Assembly: GCF_018977255.1 (NCBI RefSeq)
Contig: NW_024704743.1
Span: 54,500,001-54,564,000, forward strand
DNA: 64,000 nucleotides
DNA from: Callorhinchus milii
Lineage: Eukaryota
Direction: 5' to 3'
How positions within the stretch are numbered: position 1 is the first letter of the stretch; each line of letters begins with the position of its first letter. This document shows positions 41,701 to 53,700 of this stretch, piece after piece. The notes below the pieces were generated by a model. The model saw nothing but the letters and a program-made list of their open reading frames with translations, made no database searches and was not told the origin of the DNA. The position numbers and the translations under genes are program-made.

Positions 41701-44700
41701 TAGAGAATATAGGCCTAGTTTACTCAACCTATCCTCATAGGTCAACCCCTCATCCCAGGAACTAACCTAGTGAATCCACGCTGCACCCTCTCTAAGGCGA
41801 GTATGTCTTTTCTTAAATAAGGAGACCAAAACTGCACATAATATTCTAGGTGCGGTCTCACCAAGACCCTATAAAGTTGCAGCAAGACTTCCCTACTCTG
41901 GTAATCTAATCCTTTTGCAATCAACGCCAACATCCCATTAGCCTTTCTGATTGCTTGCTGTACCTGCATACTAACTTCTTGTGACTGGTGTACAAGGACA
42001 CCCAAATCCCTCTGAAAATGAACACTATCTGGTCTCTCCCCTTCTGGAAAATAAACTGGTTTTCTGTTTTTACTACCTAGGTGGATAACTTCACACTTTA
42101 TTTGAGTGCCCAAGCACTGATCCTTGTGGCACTACACTAGTCACATCCTGCCAATCTGAGAAGGACCCGTTTATCCCTACTCTCTGTTTCCTTCCCGTTA
42201 GCCACTCTTCGATCCATGCTAATATATTGCCTTTAATTCCATGGGCCCTAATCTTGTGTAGCAGCCTTTTATGTGGGACCTTGTCGAACGCCTTCTGAAA
42301 ATCTAAATATACTACATCTACTGGTTCCCCTCTATCTAACCTGCTAGTTACATCCTCAAAAAATTAAAAGATTTGTTAAGCATGATTTCCCTTTTGTAAA
42401 GCCATGTTGACTCTGCCTAATCATGTTATGTCTAAATCCCCACAACAACGTCCCTAATTAAGGATTCTAGAATTTTCCCTTCCACCGATGTCAAGACTGA
42501 CTGGTCTATAGATCCCCATCTTCTCTCTACCACCCTTCTTAAATAGTGATGCTACATTTGCAATCTTCCAATCAATGGGAACCGTTCCAGAATTCAGAGA
42601 ATTTTGGCCATCAGATTTGTCATTTTTCAATCCCAACAGTTTCGCTAGTACTAATTCTTTACTGATGTTAATCTCCCTAAGTTGGTCACTAACATAGCTG
42701 TATTTGGACTCGGGAGAGGGAGGAAACCTGACGAGATGAGGTAACATAATACCAGATGGGTCATATGTGAGCACCAACGAAGCAATCTGGAGAGCTTTGG
42801 ACTTCCACATATATGATCGACATCCAGTGGTCCAACACCTTCAGGTTCACCTTGAAAACAGCCAAAGGGTGTTTTTTACAGAAGCAAATGTTTGGAAATG
42901 TTCTCATTGTGGAGTCCTGTAGCTCAGTGGTTAGAGCACTCGCCTTGCAAGCGAGACACCTGGGTTCAATTCCAGGCAGGACGAAACCTTGGGCAAGTTT
43001 CCTTACTCCACACACCTAATAATAATCCCTCCAGAACAAAACAATAATAAATTGGTCATTTTCAATCCACGACTGTTTGTGTGATACTGCTGTGTGCAAT
43101 TGGCTGCCACGTTTTGCCCACAGATATACAGCCAATTCACTTTACAGCATATTCTGTGAAGCGCTTCGAGACATCTCAAAGACATGAAAAGCGCTATATC
43201 AAATGCAAGGATTATTATTATTATTATTACTTGAACCTCCCAAAACCATGCTAACTGCATTCTTTGAACTATTTGAGTTTGCAAGAATCCTTCTCTACTG
43301 TGAAGTCCCAGAGTATTTCACATGGAAATCCCAGACCAAGAAGTGGAAGTGAAGAATTTGAGTTACTCCTGTTGAAGGTTAACTATGAGTCAAGTCCAGT
43401 GAAGCATTTGGCAGAGTGTACACAGTGCATCCAAACAACTTTGAATGCTTCTTCCTAAGGCTTTTGCTGGACACTGTGAGAGGCCCAACAAGCTATAAGG
43501 TTCTTACAACTATTGATGACAAAGTCTGTGAGAAGCATGCCACTGAGGGATCTTTGAGAAGACGATGCCCACAGAAGCCAGACATGAGAAGAAGCAGCCA
43601 TGGCACGGTCTACTATCAGACTGAGGGATCTGTTTGCCATCACACTGCACACCTGTGATCTGTCTAATCCAAGACAGCTGTGGAATAACCACAAAGAAAA
43701 CATGTCAGAAGATGTTTTCCATCAGCTACGTAGTGCAAATCCACAAACTGAGTTGGGCTACAGTGATGCCATCTTCAACCAGGCCTCATACACTTAGAAG
43801 ACAAGTTAATGGCATTGGGGGAAAGACATTGCTACAGTACGGTCTGCCCTGTACTCACAGAACAGAAGATGTCACCTTGGCCAGAGAAATTGTGCGGGAA
43901 GTTAATTATAACCAAGATGAAATGCAGCACTTTGTCCAGGAGAGAGAATCGACAGAAGATCAAGCTGCAGCGTTTCAGAGTATCCTTCATAAAGTTGACC
44001 ATGACAAAGGAGGTATTATCTTTCTTGATGCACAGGCAAAACAAACTTCATCAATCTCATCTTGGCCAAGTTTCGGTCCAGGGGCCAAATTGCACTTGTT
44101 GGTTCAATGGTTCTGACGAAGGGTCATGGACCCGAAACGTTGACTCACTTTCCTTCCTCTATAGATGCTGCCTAACCTGTTGAATTTTCCTAGCTTTCTC
44201 TGTTTTTGCTTCAGATTCCAGCATCTGCAGTATTTTGTGTTTTGGGCACTGTATAAATCCAAATTGGAATCAGGGAAAACACCCAGACGAGGGGAGCGAT
44301 GACCCTTATTTTGTCGGGAGACTTCGCCAAACACTACCTGTCATACAATGTGGTACCCGTGCTGATGAACTGAATGCCAGTCTTTAGGCTTCCAGGCTGT
44401 GGGAATGTGTTTAGAAGATGAGCCTCAGGTCAAACATGCTAGTCCATGTTCATGGTAGTTCTGCAGCTGGGCATTTGCCAACCTCCTTCTGAAAATTGGG
44501 GATGGAAAGTTCCAGTGGATCCAACAGGTGGCCAAATTCCAATCCCCGAAGTTTGTGGGACCATTGCACAAGTTATGGGAGAACTTAAAAACAAAGTTTT
44601 CTGGAATCTTAGCCATAACTACACAAATCATAAGTGGTTGTGTCAATAAGCAATCCTTGCTCCAAAAAATGAGTCTGCCAGTGAGATCAATTCCCAGCTA

Positions 44701-47700
44701 CTGAAAGATATCCCTGGCCAAGAAACTGTGCATATGGATACTGTTCCTACATCAAAAAAATGCTGTCAACTACCCAACTGAATTTTAAAATGCTTCAGAG
44801 CAATCCAGTATGCCAGCGCACAAACTCATACTGAAAGTTGGATGCATAATCATGCTGCTGAGGAATCTAGATGCACCAAAGCTATGTAATGGCACAAAGT
44901 TGGTGGTAAAGCAGTTGATAACACATGTTATAGAAGCAACTATTCTGACTGGTCAGTTCAAAGGGGAAGATATATTCATTCTTCGCATCCCACTGTTCCC
45001 AAGTGATTACGTGTTTGAGTTCAAAAGGCTCCAAATTCCTGTTGAAATGTGCTTTGCCATGTCAATTAATAAGGCACAGGGGCAGATTGCTGGCCTTTTC
45101 GTGAATACACCCTGCTTTTTCCAAGGACAATTCCATGTTCGGTGCTCATGTGTGGGTTCATCTCAAAACCGGTATATCGTAGTCGAAGGAGGAAAAACTG
45201 CAAATGTTGTCTACACGGAAGCATTGCAATAATTTGAGGACCCGCCGAATCACGCAGTAAACCCCTTCAGTTAGCGTAGCTTTAATAAGATTTATCATTC
45301 ATGACTCTTTATAGAATCTTCAATCGTTGAGCTATGACCTAAACAAGTTCATCACACATCTATGGCAGTTTTGCTTAAGGTGTTTATGGCATGTTAAATG
45401 GTTTGTGAGTAGTATCACTGAAATCTACATTCCATGTTGGATCATTTGGTTGCAAATGGAGCTGCAACAGATACTACAACAACAACAACAAGATTAAATT
45501 TGTATAGCGCCTTTCACGTCGGGAGGACGTCCCAAGGCGCTGGACAGAGTACAGCATTTCAGACCCGAGCAGGGTCGGGGGGGGGAAGGGAGGGAAGGGG
45601 AAAGGGGGTGGCCAATGGCATGGTCGAAGAGGAGGGTCTTGAGGCGGGACTTGAAGGAAACTAAGGAGGGGACGAGGCGGAGTGATTGGGGGATGGAATT
45701 CCAGAGGTTGGGGGCAGAGTGAAGTCCTGTAGCTCAGTGGTTAGAGCACTCGCTTTGCAAGCGAGAGACCTGAGTTCAATTCCAGGCAGGACGAAACCTT
45801 GGGCAAGTTTCCTCACTCCACACGCCTAATAATAATCCCTCCAAAACAAAAAACAATAATAAATTGGTCATTTTCAATCTATGACTGTTTGTGGGACATT
45901 GCTGTGCGCAACTGGCTGTCGCGTTCACCCACAAAAAAATATATACAGTCAATTCACTTTACAGTGTGTTCTGTGAAGCGCTTTGGGACGTCCTCCCGAC
46001 GTGAAAAGCGCTATATCAAATGCAAGGATTATTATTATTATTATAGAGTGGCTGAAGGCTCTCCCGCCAATGGTGGGGCGGGTGGGTCGGGGGACGTGGA
46101 GCAGGCCGGAGCCGGCTGAGTGGAGGGAACGGCGGGTTGGTATGGCGAGGCCATAGAGGGCTTTGTAGGTGAGGACCAGGATCTTGAACTGGATCCTCTG
46201 AAGGACAGGGAGCCAATGGATTCGGGCGAGAGTGGGGGAGATGGAGTCACGGAATTTAGTGCGGAAGAGGACATAGGCTGCAGAGTTCTGGATTATCTGC
46301 ACCCTGTGGAGGGAGTAGTTGGGAAGACTGACAAGCAGGGCGTTTGCATAGTCAAGCCTGGAGGGGATGAAGGCATGAACAAGAGTTTCAGCGGCCTGAG
46401 GGGTGAGGTTGTGGCAGAGTCGGTCCAGCTAGTTATGAATAAGGGAATGATAGAATCGTAAAATGCTATAATGCAGAAACAGGTTGTTTGGCCCATCAAG
46501 TCTGTGCTGGTGTATTTCTCCACATGAGCCAACTACATAGAATTATGTAGAAATTACAGTACAGAAACAGGCCACTCAGCCCAAATAATGAATGTTTAAA
46601 CTTCATAATTATAGCCACTATCCCTTCTAATCTTCCTTCCAAACCTATCTGTTCCCTTCTCCCTCATATCAGCATCTAATCCAATCCTATTCTCTTTCTC
46701 ACATCCCATAACCTGGGCCAATAGAAAAGTGCGGAAATATTGGCCAGAAATTGCAGGGAGATTTGGGGAAAGTGCGTGGAAAATTTTGCCGTGCTTTGCA
46801 GAAAATTGCAGGTAGTTGATTGGTGCTATTGAGGTACATTTTACTGCCAACCTACATTTTTTCACTTTATTGATAAAAATTAAACATAAGAAATTAACAC
46901 ATATTAGATTGATGTGAAATATTAATGACTTCTTCTACATAATCTGGGTGACCCTTTTTTTTGGAGGGCACGGGATGGGGGGATACCAGCTCAACCGTAG
47001 GAGCTCACCTTCTCCTGCCTCTCGGAGCTGGCAATACACACAGACCCAGAGAGAGACACACACTCAGAGGCCCAGAGAGAGAGACACACACACTCACAGA
47101 CACAGAGAGAGACACACACTCACAGACACAGAGAGAGACACACACTCACAGATACAGATTTGAACACAAGTGTGAGGATCTTGAAGTCGATCCGTTTGGC
47201 GATGAGGAGCCAGTGGAGCCTGGCTAGAACTGGTCAGATGTGGGTAAGGCGTTTGGTCCGGGTCAGTATGCGGGTGGCAGAGTTTTGAATAAGCTGGATC
47301 TTGTCAATGGTGGAGCTGGGGAGAACGGCAAGGAGTGGGTTGGAGTAATCCAAGCAGGAGGTGACAAACTCATGCACAAGGATTTTGGTGGCATTTGGGA
47401 TAAGGTTCGGTTGGAGGCGGGCAATGTGGTGGAGGTGGAAGAAGGCGGTTTTCTGGTCAGGGAGTGGATGTGGGAGAGGAAGGACAGCTGGGGGTGAAAC
47501 TGGATGCCTAGGTTGTGCACTGGTTCGGTGAGTCTGAGGGAGAGCCCAGGTAGGTTGACACACACACACTCACAAACTTAGAGAGAGACACACACAGACA
47601 CTCAATCACATAGAGAGAGACACACACAAACTCTCAATCACACAGAGAGAGACACACAGACACTCAATCAAATATAGAGAGATACACACAGACACAAACA

Positions 47701-50700
47701 ATCACAGACACTCACATTACAGACACACACACAAACACTCACAATCACAGACACACACAATCACAGACACACACAATCACAGACACTCACAATCACAGAC
47801 ACTCACAATCACAGACACTCACAATCACAGACACACACACAGACACACACAATCACAGACACACACAATCACAGACACTCACAATCACAGACACTCACAA
47901 TCACAGACACTCACAATCACAGACACAATCACAGACACTCACAATCACAGACACACACACACACATAATCACAGTCACACAATCACAGACACAGAATCAC
48001 AATCATATCAGCGGATCCTCTGAGTGAAGCCCATTTGCTGCTTGAGCCGCACCGGCGCATGCGAGTCAGGAGTGTCTCTGCCCACTGTGACGCCAGGTAA
48101 CCAGCGAGTGGCCCGCAGGCCAGAAACTACATTTATAGCGGAAAACAAAAACAGAAGTCGCTGGGAACACTCAGGCGGTCAGGCAGCATCTATGGAGAAA
48201 GGAAAGTGAGTCAACTTTTCGGGTCCACGACCCTTCGTTAAAACTGGGGCACATTGGGAGGGAGAGGCTTTTAAGGGCTAACAAAGAGCGGGAGGCACTT
48301 TGACTCACTTTCCTTTCTTGCTAGATGCTGCCTGACCTGCTGAGTGTTCCCAGCGACTTCTGTTTTTGTTTTCAGATTTCCAGCAGCTGCAGTATTTTGT
48401 CTTTTGTTTACACTTATAGCGGGTTTGTAGTGTAGTGTAGTGGGGTGTTTATGGCGGATTCTGCAGGGAATGTGTGACCGCACTTTTCTATTGGTCCAGC
48501 CCATAACCTCTAATACAGTATTGTTTTTTCCCCATCATCTTTCTAATACTTTTTAACAAATAAATAAATAAATAAACGAACAAATTTGGTTGATGAAAAG
48601 AAATTGATCAAACAGACCAGGTATTTAGATTTTCCGTCCTTAAAAAACTGAGAGCAATTCTGAACTGAAACTTGCATTACCTTTGGCTCCTCCATCTCTT
48701 CAATCGACATGTCCCTCTCCAGCTTAGAAATGCTTTTAATACTTGAATTCTTGGAATAGGCCCTTACTCGGAGAGGTTCATCAACTACATCGATTTCAGT
48801 TGCACTTTCAGCTTCTGTTTCTTCTGTGTTTTTAAATGCCTTTTAGGAAATAACCAAGGGCATGATGAGTTATTCTAATGCTTTTCGCAACACATCTGCT
48901 ATATATCAGCTGATATATGACAAGCATAGCTGGGAGCAGCAGTCAGTAGGTACAGAAATTACCAGAAATTCTCTGTGAGCTTCCTGATGGGCAACACAGC
49001 TCAGCATTGGCACCATCATCCTGCCCACAAATTGGACATGCATCCCTACCTTTTGAGCATTGGAGCATCCACGCCAGTTGGATGCATGGAACTTGAGGAG
49101 CAGATGCCTACCTTCTTATCACATCACCCAAGTCTGTGACCTCCTACAAGCCCGTCGAACCAGCTGCTTTTGTTTATCAAACACTGACCTGCTTCATGTC
49201 CCCCGCCTATTCGCGGGTGAGCTTTTAACAATTCTGACCCTGTTTTTTAGAACTCCATCCCAGAGTCCTTCTCACTTGCCGCTCCTCTCCACTTTCAAAA
49301 TCTGCCTTGACCTAATTCTTTGACTGTGATTTTGCTCATCTGTCCCTCCCCCACTCTTCAGCTCCTACCCCCTAGACTTGGGTTCCGAATCTGCAGTGTT
49401 AAGCGTTTTCAGTCGTCCTTGGGACATGAAGGACAATAAACAAATGTCATTTGCATTGTATTTCTGGCTGCATCATTCACATTGTGTTAATGTCAATAAT
49501 ACTTTGGTACCTGGGCTGTTACAAGTGAGTGATAAACTCCATTTTTCTGCATCAATTCTGCATGTGTCCCTTCTTCCATTAAAACACCATTTTGAAAGCT
49601 TGCTATCTTATCTGCAGTCCTGATTGTGGACAAGCGGTGAGCAATCACAATTGTAGTTCGTCCTTTACTGGCCTGTGAAAATAGAGCAGGGGGTGAGGTA
49701 GAACAAGCTGGTACATTGGCAATTGCCTACAAAATACACAGACTACTTAAAAGATTAAAGATTAATCACCATGTGCTATAGAACAGCATCAAGGCAGTTT
49801 TTGATATAAAATTGTTATGCGTCATAAGTAAAATTTGCTTGTACCTTATCTAATGCACTTTGGACTATAACTTCACTCTCAGTGTCCAGGGCAGATGTGG
49901 CCTCATCTAACAAGAGAATCTTGGGGTTACGCACTAGAGCACGAGCGATAGCAATCCTTTGTTTCTGACCTCCACTCAGCTGTGTTCCTCTTTGCCCAAC
50001 GAGTGTGTGGAATGCCTAAAACAAAATGTACACTTGTGAAAAAAAGTTGACTCTTCATTCGTGAGACATTCACAGTATAGTAGTAGTGATCTCAAAAATA
50101 GTACAGAAAATTTAAAAACCTGAAGGTTGCCATTTGGCCCATAATATTTATGCTGTCTCTTTGTAAGAGCAATCCATTTAGAGCAATTCATTTAGTTCCA
50201 ATTACCTGCCTTTTTTATACCCCTGCAAATTATAATAATAATATTCACATTTGATATAGCGCCTTATCATGTCATTGAGACACCTCAAAGCGCTTCACAG
50301 GTGAACTCTCTTCTTTTTTTGAATAGTGCCATGGGATCTGTAATTATCTTAAATTGATGCCTCTACTCATTGATTCATCGACCTGTGGAAATAATTTCTC
50401 CCAATTGACTTTATCAAGACTCACAGGCCTTTTGATACTCAATGGCAGTAGAGCACTGCATTGTCAGAGGTACCATTCTTCAGATGAACGTTGATCCAAA
50501 GTCTTGTCTGTTCAGGTGGATGCTATGGCACTACTCAAAAAGAGAAGGAATTACTCTTGGTGTCCTAGCTAACAATCCCCCAGATGAAATTTACTTTGTA
50601 GCTGTTTGTAGGATATTGCTGTTTTCAAATCAGTTGCTGGGTTTGCCTACCAATACACAGTAACATCATATGAATCGCTTTGAGATTATTGGGGAAAAGT

Positions 50701-53700
50701 TGCAGGATTTCTTGAATGTTTCTTGTCTTAACCAACAGTAGGATCACTTTAAGGAATTCTGCATTGTGTTACTGTCTTAATTGGCATCAGATTTCCTACT
50801 TAAGAATTTGCCTGCACTCACTCCGTGATCCGGGTCTGCATGTAACATTGAACTTCCTGTTCACAGATTTGCTTAAATAGCCAGAATTCTAAATTATTTT
50901 GGTAATAAAACCAAAATAATTCCACTCTCTGTTAGTTGAATATTATGATCAACAAGCTTCAAGCCCAAAGCAATGAACCTGGTTTCATGGACAATACCAT
51001 TGGGATTAAATTATATTAAACTCTGGACCCTGAGGTTGATGTGATAAATATCAAGTGTGCCTCTGAATTGATACCAGTGATCACTTCAGTGTAATTTTCA
51101 GCAAAGAGTCATGCCTCTGTAAACTGTTTAGCCAAACATTTTGTCTCGATGACAAATGTAGAGAAAATCCACCTGAGTTTAGATTTACTCTATTTGGATT
51201 TCAGAACAACCTAAATTTGGCAACTTGTTGAATTCAGTCTTACGTCTGAAGTTAGTTTTGTATCATTCCAAAAATAACCTACAGAAAATATGCCTGAAAA
51301 ATCAAGGTTGTATTCAAGAACTTGCCAATTTTGGATGCTCTGAAATGTAAATAGAGTGAATCAGGAATTTCTTCCCAAAGAAAGAAATTTCACTTACTTC
51401 GGGAAGTTTCACAATAAAATCATAAGCATTTGCTTCTTTAGCAGCTTTCTCAATTTCTTCATCTGTTACATCTTCATCTCCATAACGAATGTTTTCAGCA
51501 ATGCTTGTAGCGAACAGCACAGGCTCCTGGCTGACCACACCAATGAACCTTCGAAAATGTCTGATGTTTAGTGACCGTATATCATGTCCATCAATTGTGA
51601 TCTGGTAACAAAAGAGAAGTCAAGTTATTTCTACTATGCTGTACTAAACAGACTTTAAGCAAACCAAATAGTGCAGTAGGTTTATAACACGGGCTCACTT
51701 ATAGCGTGAATGACATGTGGAGCTCTTTCATGATTGAAACCGATTCTCGTGGCCTCCCCATTATAATGCAGGTAATGATTTAATGGACAATGGTTGAACT
51801 CTGAGGTATTCATGCTCCCATTGGACTTATTGGTTTGTGATAGAGCGCTAGTTAAGAGAAAAAACATCTTAACTCAATAAAACAGAACTAGTGTTCAGTT
51901 GATATCCAACATTGGCATGAGCAAAGGCCACTTGGGCAAAGAACCAGAGGAAAAGTATCCCAGCAACAACAACAAGATTAGATTTGTATAGCGCCTTTCA
52001 CGGCGGGAGGACGTCCCAAGGCCCTGGACAGTGTACAGCATTTCAGACCCGAACTGGGGTTAGGAAGAGAGAGGGCAGGGGAGGGGAAGGGGGGCGACTT
52101 CCTCCTTCCCATGGTTGAAGAGGAGGATTTTGAGGCGGGACTTGAAGGAGGCTAAGGAGGGGGTGAGGTGGAGTGATTGGGGGATGGAATTCCAGAGGTT
52201 GGGGGCAGAGTGGCTGAAGACTCTCCCGCCAATGGTAGGGTGGGTGGGTTGGGGGATGTGGAGCAAGCCGGAGCCAGCTGAGCGGAGGGAGCAGGTAGGT
52301 TAGTAGGGAGTTAGGAGTTCACAGAGGTAGGGTGGGGCGATGCCATGGAGGGATTTGTAGGTGAGGACCAGGATCTTGAACTGGATCCTCTGAAGGATAG
52401 GGAGCCAATTGAGTCGGGGGAGAATGGGGGAGATGGGGTCATGGGGTTTAGTGCGGGAGAGGACACGGGTTGCAGAGTTCTGGATTATCTGCAGCCTGTG
52501 GAGGGAGGAGGAAGGCTGACAAGCAGGGCGTTTGCATAGTCGAGCCTGGAAGTGATGAAGGCATGAACAAGAGTTTCAGTGGCCTGAGGGTGAGGTAGTG
52601 GCAGAGTTGGGTGATGTTATGGAGGTGTGGGAAGGCAGAGCGGGTCATAGCTTGAATGTGGGGGAGAAAAGAAAGTTGAGGGTCGAACAAGACACCGAGG
52701 TTCCTGCCTGGCTTGGTGAGTTGCAGTGTGCAACCATGGAGGTTGATGCTTTCAGAGCCTGAGGTGCTGAGCCGCTGGCGCGAACCAATCAGGAGGGTCT
52801 CAGTCTTGTTTACATTCAACTGTAGGAAATTTGCCCTCATCCAGGACTCGATGTTCGATAGGCAGTCTGTCAGGACAGCAGTGGTCCTGGAGTTGAGGGT
52901 GGAGGCAGAAAGATAGAATTGGATGTCATCCGCATACATATGGAAGTTGACCCCATGTCTGCGGATGATGTCACCAAGGGGGAGCATATAGATATTAAAG
53001 AGGAGAGGGCCAAGGACAGAGCCCTGGGGGATGCCAGACTTGATAGTGTGGGGGCTGGAGAAGAAACCATTAGAGGCAACAAGTGGAGACAGCAGAAGAA
53101 ACATGGAGCCAAACACCTTCAGGAGTAGAGGAGGAAAGGAAACTGAAGGAGAAAAATTGGCAGAAAGCGAAGCTTGTTCAATGTACAATCTTGGTCTGAA
53201 CTCTGCAACTACAATCTTTGATCATGTGTATCATTAGCATTAAATGTTGTTTATGTACTAAAATTTTACATTTTGTTGACCTGGAACCGGATTGTTAGCT
53301 GATCAGTGGATCACTTTCTGGGGATAATAATGCTGTCAAAAAAAAACCACGACTATTTGTGGGACAACGCTTTGCACAATTGACTTCCTTCTGCCTTTCA
53401 TCCGCAAAATACACAGTCAATTAACTTTACAATATATTCTGTGAAGCCGCTTTGAGATGTATCAATGACATGATAAGGCACTATATCAAATGCAATGATT
53501 ATTATTATAGTTAGCTGAAAACCTTATGTGATCACGAATACTATCCGCCAGTCAGCAGCTGAATGAGATGTGAGAATTTCACAATGTTTCATGCATCTCA
53601 TTAATTCTTCTAGTTGCTGTAATCTGATTTATTGTGCCACCCATTCACTGTGGCCCTTAATGTGCGCTGTTCGCTACCACTAACTCAGTTTGTTCCATAC

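Larger units (their letters stand above)
42700..45274 (+). mobile_element. Decayed Helitron RepHel (post-Rep region plus PIF1-family helicase), interrupted by a SINE and a Penelope-like relic
   Basis: [129 protein letters not shown] (stop at 45232); many stops and frameshifts; termini uncertain. Confidence 0.9.
46713..48499. mobile_element. Non-autonomous TIR DNA transposon (hAT-like), 1787 bp, 22-bp TIR, 8-bp TSD
   Basis: TIR CTGG(G/A)CCAATAGAAAAGTGCGG (21/22 match); TSD CCCATAAC at 46705-46712 and 48500-48507. Confidence 0.88.

Noticed and set aside
44810..45232. 140-aa ORF as a host PIF1 helicase gene
   Set aside because: Intronless, collinear with upstream Helitron-specific motifs and surrounded by stops and frameshifts.
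45236..45274. Helitron 3' hairpin plus CTRR terminus
   Set aside because: Only a weak GC-rich stretch and TTAG; too degenerate to call.
45722..45795. Apparent tRNA-Ala(UGC) genes at SINE heads
   Set aside because: No proper acceptor stem; each continues into a SINE body and L2-type tail, some with TSDs.
47560..48005. Regular short repeats resembling a CRISPR-like array
   Set aside because: Tandem minisatellite without unique spacers, in a vertebrate context.
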